A stretch of 64,000 bases of DNA from Heterodontus francisci (lineage: Eukaryota): the NCBI RefSeq assembly GCF_036365525.1, contig NC_090377.1, positions 103,492,265-103,556,264 of the forward strand, given 5' to 3'. Under the pieces are notes generated by a model. The model saw nothing but the letters and a program-made list of their open reading frames with translations, had not been told where the DNA came from and made no database searches. The translations under genes were made by a program, and so were the position numbers. Of this stretch, positions 12,873-24,795 are shown piece by piece. Within the stretch, counting starts at the first letter, position 1. Each line of letters starts with the position of its first letter.

Positions 12873-13993
12873 ATAGGAGCATAGGAAATAAGAGCAGGAG
12901 TAGGTCATTCACCCCCTCGGGCCTGCTCCACCATTCAACTAGATCATGGTTGATCTTCCACTTCAACACCATTTTCCCGCACTATCCCCATATCCTTTGA
13001 TATCTTTGATATCTAGAAATCTATCAATCTCTGTCTTAAATATAATCAATGACTGAGCCTCCAGAGCACTTTGGGGTAGAGAATTCTGAAGAGTCACGGC
13101 TATCTGAGAGAAGAGATTCCTTCTCATCTCAGTCCTAAATGGCCTACCCTTTATTCTGCGTCCCTTGGTTCTAGACCGCGAGCCAGGGGAAACATCCTCC
13201 CTGCATCTACCCTGTCGAGCCCTGTAAGAATTTTGTATACCTCAATGAGATCACCTCTCATTCTTCGAAACTCTAGAGAATTTAGGCCCAGTTTCCTTCA
13301 TCTCTGCTCATAGGACAGTCCTGTCATCCCAGGGAATAGTCTGGTGAACCTCCATTGCACTCCCTCTATGGCAAGTATATCCTTCCTTAGGTAAGGAGAC
13401 CAAAACTGTACACAAGACTCCAGGTGCAGTCTCACCAAGGCTCTATACAATTGCAGCAAGACTTCTTTACTCCTGTACTCAAATCCTCTTGCAATAAAGG
13501 CCAACATACCATTTGCCTTCCTAATTGTTTTCTGCACCTGCATGTTAGCTTTCAATGACTTACGAACAAGGATGTCCAGGTCCCTTTGGACATCAACACT
13601 TCCCAATCTCTCACCATTTAAGAAATACTCTGCATTTCTGTTTTTCCGACCAAAGTGGATAACTTCACATTCTTCCACATTATGTTCCATCTGCCATGTT
13701 CTTGCCCATTCTCTTAACCTGTCTAAATCTGCTTGAAGCCTTTTTGCATCCTCCTCACAACTCACATTCCAAACTAGTTTTATGTCATCAGAAAACTTGG
13801 AAATATTGCTTTTGATCCCCACATACAAATCATTTATATAGATTGTGAATAGATAGGACCCAAGCACTGATCCTTGCGGTACCCCATTAGTCACAGCCTG
13901 CCAATGTGAGAATTCCCATTAATTTCTCTGTTTTCTGTTTGTTTACCAATTCTCAAACCATACCAGTATATTACCCCTAATCCCACGTGCTCT
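12873..13993 (-). mobile_element. 5'-truncated CR1 LINE
   Basis: ORF 13298-13894 GVPQGSVLG...ISKFSDDIKL...LLQLYRALVRLHLESCVQFWSP; CR1 3' tail at 12875-12950. Confidence 0.9.
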
Positions 13994-13994
13994 A

Positions 13995-15450
13995 AAATAA
14001 AAACAGAAAGTCCTGGAAATACTCAGCAGGTCAGGCAGCATCTGTGGGCAGAGAAGCAGAGTTAATATCTCAGTTCTCTGACCTTTCATCAGAACTGGCA
14101 AAGGTTAGATAAGAATTAGGTTGTAAGCAAGTGAAGGGGGTGGAGTGGTTTGGTGGAGAAGAGAACAAAAGGGAAGGTGTGCGATAGAACAGAGGGCAGG
14201 AGAGATTAAGTAACAGAGATGTCATGAGACAAAGGCAAAGAGAGTGTTAATGCTCATGGTGAAAGACAAAGAGAGTGTTAATGACAGAATAATGAGTAGC
14301 TTTGCCCAAAAGCACATGAAAAACAGGCACATGGTTAAAAAATAAAATAAAATAAAATGATTTAAAATTTTTTTTTTTTTTTTTAAAGTCAGTCATGCTC
14401 TGAAAGTGTTGAACTCAAGGTTGAGTCCACAAGGCCTAATCAAAGATCAGATGCTGCTCCTTGAGCTTGCATTGATGTTCATTGGAACACAGCAGCAGGG
14501 CAAGGACAGAAATGTGGACATGAGAACACGGGGTGTGTTGAAATGGCAAGCAACTGGAAGCTCGGGGTCATGCTTTTGGACTGAGTGGAGGTGTTCCACA
14601 AAGCAGTCACCCAATCTATGTTTGGTCGCCCCAGTGTAGATGAGACAACATTGTGAGCAGCGAATACAGTATATTAAATTGAAGGAAGTATAAGTCAATC
14701 GCTGCTTCACCACAAATGAGTATGTTGGGCCTTGGATGGTGAGGAGAGAGTAGGTAAAAGGGCAGGTATTACACTTCCTGCGATTGCATGGGAACTGCCG
14801 TGGGAAGGAGACGAGGTGTCGGGGGTGATAGAGAAGTGGAGGGAATGATCCCTTCGGAACACTGACAGGAAACAGGAAGAGAAGATGCGGTTGGACGTGG
14901 CAGCAATGGCGGAGGATGATCCTTTGGATATGGAGGCTGGTGGGGTGGAAAGTGAGGATAAGGGGAAACCTTTTACGGTTCTGGGAGGGAGGGGAAGGTG
15001 TGAGGGCAGAAATGCGGGAAATGGGACAGACATGGTTGTGGGCCCTGCCAACCACAGTAGGGGTGGGGGGGAGTGGGGAATCTTTGGTTGAGGAAAAAGG
15101 AAGACATATCAGATGCGCTGTTGTGGAAGGTTACATCATCAAAACAGTTGTGTCAGAGATGGAGAAACTGGGAGAATGGAATGGAGTCCTTACAGGAAGC
15201 AGGAGAAACTGTAGTCAAGGTAGCCATGGGAGTCGGTGAGCTTACAATGAATATTAGTGGACAACCTATCCCCAGAGATGGTGACAGAGAAGTCAAGGAA
15301 GGGAAGGGAAGTGTTGGAGATAGACCATGTAAAGGTGAGAGAAGGATGGAAATTGGAAGCAAAGTTTTCCAGATCAGGGTGAGAGCAGGAAGCGGCACCA
15401 ATACAGTCATCGATGTATCGGAGAAAGGGATGAGGGAGGGGACCACTTTC
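13995..15450 (-). mobile_element. Penelope-like retroelement remnant (same family as 5824-7862)
   Basis: RYIDDCIGAASCS, LSTNIHCKLTDSHGYLDY, FNLIYCIRCSQC...YTGATKHRLGDCFVEHL; same terminus AAATAAAAACA...GAAATACTCAGCAGGTC. Confidence 0.88.
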
Positions 15451-15519
15451 TACCATAAAGATACATGTGCCAATGTTCACGTGCATGGATACAAGCTAGT
15501 GCTTCCCGCTCTCCAGTAG

Positions 15520-17165
15520 AGTATTTACGTCCAGTTTCCAACAATCAGCATGGCACATAAGCTATTGGTCATTTGCATCTATCAATGGACTGTGAGAGTA
15601 CAGCACCAATTGCAGTTCCCAACACATCTGTTGTGACATACATTTCCGCATGTGGGCTGAAATCTGCAAGAACTGATGGAGATGCTATTTTCGTCTTTTA
15701 TGTTTCAAATGCTCTTTGCTGTGCTGCAGTCCATTTCCATTGAGCATCTTTATGCAGTAGCTTCTGAAGAGGCTCCACGATCTTTGCATACTTGGGAACA
15801 AATTTATGATAAAAGTTGGTTGTACCGAGGAACAATACCAACTCTTTCACGTTAGACGGTGTAGGAAGAGCATAAAGGGCTTTGACATTGTCGTGTGTTG
15901 GCTTTACTCCAGCTGCTCTCACTCTGTAACCTAGAAAATCAATCTTGGGTGCCGCAAATATGTATTTGCCCTTGTTGTGCGTCAAATTACGTTTTGCGAG
16001 TCAAATGAGCACTGCTGATAATCGTTGATCATGTTCAGCTTTGTCCCTTCCATGGACAATATCATCACTAGGTTGAGCATTCCCTCAACATCCAACAAGA
16101 CTGAAGAAATGACCTTCTGGAATTCACAAGATGCTGAGCTTAGTCCTTACGGCATTCTTCAGTACTGAATCATACCTTAATGAGTAACAAACGCTGTAAG
16201 ATATCGGCTTTGTTCTTTTAGAGGTATCTGAAGATAGCTCTGTCTCATATCAAGCTTTGTGAAGCTCTGTGGAGTCATGAAATGATGCTGACAGTTCTTG
16301 GATTGTAGAAAGTGGATACTTGTCTGGTACAATAGCTTTGTAGAGTCCTTAAAATGACCTGGTGCTTTAACTTTTGTGATGGTAAACACATGTTGTACCT
16401 CTCGCTCAGGAAAAGGCTCCCCAAAGTGTTGAACCAAATGAAGTCTTTTTCTTTGACGACCTGCACATCTTTGCAAAATGGTTCCACTTTAAGTGTGAGC
16501 TACACTATTTCCCTCGAGCTGGACATGGCATTGTGACTCAATGAACATTTCCACAATTTGGGCACAGTTTTACAGGTAACTGACCTTGATGGGACACATT
16601 TTGATGAGGTTGCTGAGATCTTCTCATCCGTAACCCTTGCACTGAAGCTGGTTGGGCAAGTTGTGTCTGCAACCCTGTAACTAAGGATTCATGTGTGTGT
16701 AACCTCTTTGAATCTAACATGGCAAATTTGATTTGGACTGCCAAGGTTGTGGCTTTTTCCAAGGTTAAATCACGATCCTCTATGAGGAACTGAAGTCTTT
16801 TCAATTAATTGGTAATGAATTAGTTTGTCTCTTAGTGTGCCAAATTTACATGTAGATGCCAATTGCTGCAATGCTATTGTTGAATGGCTTACCATGTCCC
16901 TGGGATCTCTGGCGGAGTGCGCATCACTCTATCATCACACTTTTCTTTGGTTCAAAGTATTTTTCGAGAGCACTTACTGCAGTATCAAATGTAAACATAT
17001 CTTCTGTGAGCTACTGGAATATACGCTGGCATTCTTTTCAGAGACAATATGCAAGTATCACTTCTTTGTGGATCGCTGCTACATTTGGACTACCCATCCC
17101 AGTAGCGAGCAAGTAGACATCTCACAGGTGAAGCACTTTACCCCTCTAACTGACATTTCTAGCAC
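15520..17165 (-). mobile_element. Decayed Gypsy LTR retrotransposon gag-pol internal fragment
   Basis: gag DLTLEKATTLAVQI; RT FTKLDMRQSYLQIPL...YLTAFVTH; connection IDFLGYRV...FLGTTNFYHKFVPKYAKIVEPL...WTAAQQRAFE. Confidence 0.85.
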
Positions 17166-17357
17166 GAATTAATAAATTAATTTAAAATAAATAAATACTT
17201 ATTAAATCCTTACTAAATTGTTATAATTAACTATATTTCAGTGCTGTATCTCTAAAAAAAAAAGAACTGGAAGGTGTTAGAGGTGAAGGAAAAGAGAGAC
17301 CTGCAGATGTATGTACACAAATCTTTGAAGGTGGTAGGCCAGGTTGAGAAGAAAAAA

Positions 17358-17710
17358 GGGCGGCACAGTGGCGCAGTGGTTAACACCACAGCCTCACAGC
17401 TCCAGTGACCCGGGTTCAATTCTGGGTACTGCCTGTGTGGAGTTTGCAAGTTCTCCCTGTGTCTGCGTGGGTCTCCTCCGGGTGCTCCGGTTTCCTCCCA
17501 CATGCCAAAGACTTGCAGGTTGATAGGTAAATTGGCTATTATAAATTGCCCCTAGTATAGGTAGGTGGTATGGAAATATAGGGACAGGTGGGGATGTGGT
17601 AGGAATATGGAATTAGTGTAGGATTAGTATAAATGGGTGGTTGATGGTTGGCACAGACTCGGTGGGCCGAAGGGCATGTTTCAGTGCTGTATAACTAAAC
17701 TAAACTAAAC
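17358..17710 (+). mobile_element. V-SINE (HE1-like shark SINE), full length
   Basis: tRNA head GGGCGGCACAGTGGCGCAGTGG...GGGTTCAATTC, V-domain CTGTGTGGAGTTTGCA...CCTCCGGGTGCTCCGGTTTCCTCCCA, CR1-like 3' tail, (CTAAA)n end. Confidence 0.9.
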
Positions 17711-19203
17711 ATTCTTTGATATCACATGGAGTGAAATGAGTTGGCTGAAGACTGGCATCTCTGTAGGTGGGGACTTCAGGTGGAGGCCAAGAAGAATCAT
17801 TCACTCGGCACTTCTGGCTGACAATAGTTGTGAATGCTTCAGCTTTGTCTTTTACATTTACATGCTGGGCTCCCTGTCATTCAGAATGTGGATGTTCTTG
17901 GAGCCTCCTCCTCCTGTTAGTTGTTTAATTGTCCATCACCATTCATGATTGGATGTGGCAGGATTGCAGAGCTTTAATTTGATCTGTTCATTGTGGATTC
18001 TCTTAGCTCTCTCTATAGCATTCTGCTTCTGCTGTTCAGCATGCATGTAGTCCTGTGATGTAGCTTCAGTAGGTTGCCTCCTCATTTTTCGGCATGCCTG
18101 GTGCTGCTCCTGGCATGCTCTCCTACACTTCGTGCCGCTTCTTTGCTTGAGAGTATTGGTAGAATATGGGATATGCCAGGCCATGAGGTTGCAGATTGTG
18201 ATGAAATGCATATCTGCTGCTGCTGATGGCCCAAAGTGCCTCTTGGATATCCAGTTTTGAGCTGCAAATCTGGTCTGAATCTATCTCATTTAGCATGGCG
18301 GTAGTGCCACACACAACAATGGAGGGTGTCCTCAGTGTGAAGATGGGACTTCATCTTGCCATGCATACAAGAAGTGCGATGATGAAAAATGATGGACTAA
18401 AATGAAAGTTATCAAAATTGGCTTTGTCTTTTAAAAAATGGACCTTTCTTTTAAAAAATGAACAATGTGCTCCAAAATGGCCACTGAAGGTAAAAGACTT
18501 GGCCTTTAGATATTCAAACTGTCTGAGAGGGACAAAGGAAAATCTTCAAAGTGAAGAGGTGTCAATTACACTAATCCCACACCCATCCTGACATCTTCCT
18601 GAATTGAATGGTTCTTCTGAAACAATGAAGGTGTGAAGTGGAAACAGCATAACTGGATTATCATCATCCTGAACCCATCAAAAGACACATTGAATTGAAT
18701 GGGTTCCTCTGAAACAAAGAAGGTGTGGACTAGCCACATCCTAGGCCATTGTCAGTCACCACAGGGAAGAAAATGCTTGTCTCCCATCAGAGGTGAGATG
18801 TAACACATTTTTACCTTGAATAGCAATGCCAGACAGAGAGAGGGAGACCAGAAAGAAGCATCCAAGAAGCTTTTCCAGTTATGAGGCTCGGAGAATTCCA
18901 GCAAGCCAGAAGGCACACCCCTGCAAGAGAATTCTACATCTACACTTAAACAGCAGTGAATTAGAAGTGATCCACTGACTTCAACTGAACTTTCAACCAA
19001 GAGAGAAACCTACAAACACCTCAGGCCTGCAACCGATGAGAGCTTGACTTCCGAGAGAATTCAACAGCTTTACCCTGATCCCCGAAACCTAGCCCCACTT
19101 ACCATCACTTACCCTTTTCCTCACTATCTGTCTCTTCTTATATATGTGCACTGGAGAGAAAGCATGAGTGGATGCAGTTGCGAGAATTTCGCGTTAAGGC
19201 GTA

Positions 19204-19466
19204 TGTAGTGTGATTGCCTTAAAGCATAACTTACTTTTCAGATCTTAGTATGCTAATGAGCCAAGTACCAAGACATAGTCATGTGACTACATGCCTGTCT
19301 TTCACTGCTGCTGCACCACAAAGAGGTAACGTCCTGTAATAGTTGACTGTGTACTGCATATATTAGTTGGCTGTTTAATAAACCTGTTTTGAGATCTTCA
19401 ATCATCTTCAACTCCATGCATCTCATTTATGTTGCATCAGACAACATAAAAAAGCTCCTCATTGCA
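19204..19466 (+). mobile_element. 263-bp solo LTR (copies also at ~28775, 38270, 45847, 55917)
   Basis: TGTAGTG...TTGCA, perfect TSD GCGTA (19199-19203 / 19467-19471), internal AATAAA. Confidence 0.8.
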
Positions 19467-19733
19467 GCGTATTGATCAATAAATAAATGATTTTCTGTTT
19501 TAACCCTACAAGAATACCAGTCACTTTCCGTTTATTTGACAAATAAAACGCAAAGGGATAAACTCTAATAACAAAAAATGCTTGCTGCGGTCAGGTGGGA
19601 CTGGAACAGTGGGAACCGCCCAAATCCCTCACCACATTGCCATAGTAATCTCCACAAGGAGAGTAGTGGTCACTCCTACCTATACTGTCATGGACAGATA
19701 CATCTGCGACAGGTAGATTGGTGAGGACAAGGT

Positions 19734-20013
19734 TGTAGTGTTCTTCTGTGTTCTTAAGTGTTCATTAAATTAAAACCGTAGACTGTATATTTGGATTCAA
19801 CATAAACACTATTTATAGTCTCAGTCATCTACATTGCATGATCTCAGGTCCAGGTCTTTTACTCACAAGTGTGTTTGTACTCTCTGCAAGACATGTGTTG
19901 AAAGTGCCTCTCAAAATGATGTCTCCTATTAAATATGATGTCATCAGTTGCATCAGAGGTCTGATCTCTTAAAGGTACGGTTTTCTTAAAGGTGAAGTCC
20001 TCTTTACACTACA
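19734..20013. mobile_element. Short solo-LTR-like element
   Basis: 7-bp inverted termini TGTAGTG...CACTACA; interrupts the LINE fragment; no clear TSD. Confidence 0.5.
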
Positions 20014-21231
20014 TCACAGACATGAAGTAAGATTTTTCTTTATGTTGCCACAAGTCCAGTCTGCCAGATATGTCCTTCAGGACGAGGCTGGTTAACTCAG
20101 TACTGGTGTAACCAAGACACTCTTGGTGATGGACATTGAAGTCCTCCATCTACAGTAAATTCTGTGCCTTTGCAACTCTCAGTGTCTCTTCCAAGTTGTG
20201 TTCAGCATGGAAGAGCACCATTTCATCTATTGAGAGAAGGCCATAGGCGGTAGATAGGTACTGGTACAAAAGAAAGAAAGATTTGCATTTATATAGCAGC
20301 TTTCACAATCTTAGGATGTCTCAAGTCGCTTCAGATGTGTATTTCAAGAAATAGATATATAGACTAATAGCAGAAAAAGATAATTTTCTTTAAAAAAACT
20401 GCTTGAGATATTTTTGTCATGTGATATGCTTCCCAGTGTGTTTTTCATTTAATGAGTCACATTCTCTTGGTGTATTCACTGGTTGCTCCTGCCCCACTTC
20501 CCCAAGACCACAAGGCCAAACTTCCTCTGACGATCTCCACTGCTCCGGCCCTGATCTTGCATCTTTCTCTAATTTCTCTCCTATCACCCCTCATGCCCTC
20601 TCTAAGCTCTTCTTGTCCATGAGAACAACCTCCTGATCCCTTGCCCTATTCTCACTAAATTGCTGAACATCAGACTTCTCTTCTTGGCTCCTATGTCAAC
20701 TGATATTCTTAATAGTTCTGTCTCATTGGATACTATCTTCCTTTCCTTCGAATGTGCCGTCATCAATCCTGTGTTCAAGAAAACCTCAGTTGAGCTGCAG
20801 GTGGGGACTAGGGATGTTGCACATTCCCGCTTTTCCAGTCTACAAATGCACTGGTGGAGCACTGGAGAATATTAGGCCCGGTGAACTGAAGTATACCAGC
20901 CTCAGAAAGGTGGAAGTATTCCTTATTGGAAGACGTTCAGGCCTAGAAAGCCTATAGACCCATACAAATGGCATAATCTATTGAGTGCACAAATTCCATG
21001 AAGATCAGCAGTGGATGGTGCTATTGGCCCATTCACAGCTTTTCTGGCAGTCTCTTGACCCACACATTTTCTACTTCTCCATTTAATCACTTCAATGATA
21101 ATCATATAGCTGAGATCATTGTGGTAAAATATTCTGCATGAGACTACCAGATACCAGCACTGTTTTGGACAATTTGTATGAGGATCCAAAAATAAGTGAA
21201 TTAAACAAGAAGACAATGTAATAGAGAGTAT

Positions 21232-21237
21232 TTTATT
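21232..21237 (-). terminator. Poly(A) signal of crystallin gene 1 (conserved in all copies)
   Basis: AATAAA on minus strand ~50 nt after the TAG stop. Confidence 0.75.
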
Positions 21238-21286
21238 ATGTTGATAAATGATTCAACAAAATCAGGTCATGTGTTACAATGACAGA

Positions 21287-22895
21287 CTAGAAATCCCTCA
21301 TACATCTGAAAGACCCGATAGTTGAGTTGTAGCCGCCCCAGTCACTGTATCTCCTGTATTCACCGGGTCTCATGAAGTACTGTCGGCCTCTGTAGTTGGG
21401 ATGTTCATAGAAGATCCAGTAACCGTCCATCACATGGCTGGAGTGAATATCACGGTAACGGAAACGATCAGAGACGGATGGGCAGTCATCCTGGAATTCC
21501 ATCATCTGTCCTCCAAAGTCAGGCCTCTCATAAATCTTCATTCTGTAGGAGCCTCCCCTGTACTGTAATAGAAATGAAATGACATTAGTGATAAAACTGC
21601 AAATATACATTTGGTATATGTAGAAAAAGAGAAACTTTGTAAAGGAAGGAATCTAATGGGGCCCAATGACGACATCAACAATGAGAGCAAAGCTGAGATG
21701 ATTTATTCACATCGATTCAATAGGTTAATTATGTTTGAGACTTGTTAACAGCAAGCAGCTTCGGCAATTTTATACTAAATCAGTGAATTATCTGTAATAG
21801 TGTACATTGGACTGATATTAGTTGGTGCATGCAGGTGGAGGTTTATCAATATCAATAAAAATCTAAATGTTATTCTAGTTCCCACTGTGATGAGGTTCCT
21901 TCTCTGTGTGGAGCAGCTTTATCTTTCCTACAATTAAAGTAAGACGAATGGGGTGGGTGCAAACATGTCTGTCAGCACGTTGTAGCCAGTCATAGAGTCA
22001 TTCAGCCCATCAAGTCCATGCTGGCTCTCTACAGAGCTATCTAGTCAGTATCACACCCCCATTCGATCCACACCTTAGTCTAGCTGCAGATGAATTTATT
22101 ACTTCCTACACTGTCAATGCTCCAATTTGGCTTTTGGTTCTGAATATCTGATTAATTATGAACAAATGCATCCAATTATATCTCAGATATTCAGGACTTT
22201 GCAATCGGCGACCATCGTACGACACTTAGAACTTCCTTCCCAGTTGATGCAATTATTGACTTAAGAACCAACCTGCATAAGTTAACTGCAGGTACAAAAT
22301 TACAAGGGCTGATGGTTAATTTCTGGCAGTGCCACAAATGGGTGGTAGTGGATCAGTAAATCAGGCAGGATGTGTGACAGGCAGACAATCCACGACCTGT
22401 TAATCACCACCGCTGAAAGTTAAAATCAGTCCTGTGGAAACAGCTGATAACTCTTCACTGCTGATGCACAGAAACTCAAATGTCACTGATCATTTTCGAA
22501 GTGTCAGTTTGGGTAGAACATCTAAGCCACCAAAGGTAACTCACATATGGGTAGCTGCGACATGACCTGATGCTGTCATTGAATCCCATCCAGCGCTGGT
22601 AGTCAGGATATTCGCCCCTGCTCAGAACATACTGGTATCCCATGTAATTGGGTCTCTCATACAGCACCCACCAGTCACTGTCAACACGGATGGAGTTACA
22701 GCGGCTGAAGTAAGAGTGCAGGTCAGCACAGTCACTACTGCACTCATAGTGCTGACCCTGGAAGTTCCTGTCCTCGTAAAAGATAATCTGTGGAAAGACA
22801 TAGGTTTGTAAATTCATAATTTCTCAAACTTGGCAATACTGGATGAAGAATTCCAATACAATATATAAACTCTGTGTTTTCCTTACCTTTCCCAT
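21287..22895 (-). CDS. Gamma-crystallin gene 1 (shark gamma-crystallin S-1-like / gammaM-type), 175 aa
   Basis: Exons 22887-22895 (MGK|GTAAG), 22545-22787 (243 bp, [11 protein letters not shown]...[10 protein letters not shown]|GTGAG), 21287-21562 (CAG|[18 protein letters not shown]...SFRCMRDF*); GT-AG phase-0 introns; four Greek-key motifs. Confidence 0.96.
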
Positions 22896-22955
22896 TTTGA
22901 GATCACAGTTAGCTTGTAACTAGCTGAATGTTTCACTGCTTCACACAGCTTGGTA

Positions 22956-23045
22956 TTTATATGTTGGGTAAAATGGCTTTACTGAGCTCTTCTTTTGTTA
23001 TTTTAATGATTGCAATGGTTTGAAATCAGCATAAAAGCAGCAAAA
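22956..23045 (-). promoter_or_regulatory. Crystallin proximal promoter: TATA box, Sox-like site, Maf half-sites
   Basis: TATAAA 22956-22961; CTTTTGT 22992-22998; TTTTATGCTGA 23026-23036; second Maf-like half-site at 22978-22986. TATA repeated at 32455, 41971, 50106, 61870. Confidence 0.65.
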
Positions 23046-23747
23046 CACATGACATATACACTCATTGTAAAGAAAATGAATTTAAGGCACCTATGTCCCA
23101 TTGATTGCATTTTGCCTTCATGTCTTTTTAATTGTGTGACAATACATTGGAAGCCATTGTGCTCCCTACACTCTGCTTCCACTGAAATTCTCAAACAGTT
23201 GTCATTGCACATTCAACCAGGTATTTTTCCAGCATTTCAGTGTAATGGCTGAAGTTTACTCCAAAACTGGTCAAAATGCAGGTGTACATATCCAGAACAA
23301 GTTGCTTTCTACATAATCGACAGAAGTATAACTGTCTGTGTATTTAGATTTGAGAATGTGCTTCAAAGTTCATGAGCTTTTATCACTGCATGTATTTATT
23401 TGGTGACATTGCCACTGCAATTTTGAGGGTGGTATTTATTGACACCGGTCACAGCCCATTCACGGTTTCATATTTTAATCAGCGATATTTTGTTATGTAC
23501 TACCTTTCACTTTGTTATAAATTTCAGTTTTGCTGAAGTCATATCAGAACAGTAAAGAGGATAATAGAAAGGCAGATGGTCGTGTAATCAAAATAATTTG
23601 TAGAATGTGCATACTGGGGGAGGGTAGTTGGATTCTTTAGTGGGTACTAAATAAAAAGGAGAAAAGAGACTCTGGGATGACCCTGTTCAAGGGATACAAA
23701 TCAATTGCAATCTAATACATTTTTGACATAATCACAAATATGCTTAC

Positions 23748-24668
23748 TGTCATGAAGATCCCCACCTGCCAAGAATGAGGCATATTAATTTCATCATCTG
23801 AACATTAATTTTTAAACTGTTGCTGGAGTGAAGAAATTACTTTTTAAAAAGCGATAACCAGACACTTGGCTGGAGGACATTTGCATACTAAGAGACAGTG
23901 CTTCGAGATATGAAAAAATGCTCACTGTTTCAATTAACAGAGATTGGGCTGGGTAATGATGATCCACATCTTGTCAGGGTAAGAGACAGCACTACACCCT
24001 CCAAACAAGAGCTTTGGAATCCACAAAGGCAAGAGTGGTTATGATCGCTGGTCACATGACTAACTGGCTGGTCCAGGCAGTTTGAACTAGACACAGGGCA
24101 GTTTGAATTCAGACTGCAGATTGCAACTGAACCTGGAACAAGAGTGCTTATCTCTTGGCTGGCTCTCTCTCTCGCTTTCTCACAAGCCTCCAGACACACT
24201 GAAAACACATAAACCTCAAGAGAGAAAAGACTCCGCCATCGAAACAAGTTAAAGCATGCACTGGGCCCCAACGACCAGCAAGACTTACCGGCAACCAAGG
24301 TCTTCACATTGAACTCAAAAGACCATAAATAACTACCAGATATTGCCTCAAACATTTCCCATTTATTCCTTCTACTTTTTCTGTCTCTATCTGCGTGTGT
24401 GTTTATCGCGTATGCATGCGAGCGTGGTCGCATTGTGTATTCGTAGCCGTTACCCAAACTAGTGTTTAAGATTAATAACTTTCATCTTTCTTGTCTAAAT
24501 CTAATAAAACCTGTCTGATTTATTTGCCTTACAATTGGAAAACAGTGAACAAGGAGTCACTGAAGGGGAGTTAAAACACGGTGTTTTTAAAATTAAATCC
24601 TGTCACAGTGAGACCAGGCAAAGGATGAGAGGGAACACCTGGACCCCCATCTCAACTGGTCATAAACA
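23748..24668 (+). mobile_element. ~920-bp solo LTR upstream of gene 1
   Basis: TGTCATG...CATAAACA termini, AATAAA near 24503; repeated in every unit. Confidence 0.65.
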
Positions 24669-24795
24669 AAAATAGGATAAAAGCAAAGATCCCAGTGACT
24701 GGGAAAGATACAAAGAACAGCAAAGGATGACAAACCAGACAGTAAGTGCTACAAAAAAGAAACTTGTAAGGGATATCAAGATCAAAACAAAAATG

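Larger units (their letters stand above)
17711..20260 (-). mobile_element. Old APE-type LINE fragments interrupted by LTR elements (diverged edge copy of 27318-29740)
   Basis: Minus-strand APE/linker fragments (KSHLHTEDTLHCCVA..., LVLTNLPVADVSVHDSIGRSDH) separated by LTR-like inserts at ~18360-19645 and 19734-20013. Confidence 0.65.

Noticed and set aside
22476-22817. ORF-track proteins [10 protein letters not shown]... and [10 protein letters not shown]... (and copies) as separate genes
   Set aside because: They are crystallin exons 2 and 3 read with intronic extensions; splice sites join them into one 175-aa CDS.
23003-23252. Overlapping 69-aa and 80-aa ORFs conserved upstream of each gene
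   Set aside because: Promoter-region sequence conserved on both strands by duplication; no coding signature.
23930-24457. 175-aa ORF recurring in each unit
   Set aside because: Antisense within a solo LTR, frameshifted in units 2, 4 and 5, no recognisable domain; recurrence reflects recent duplication.
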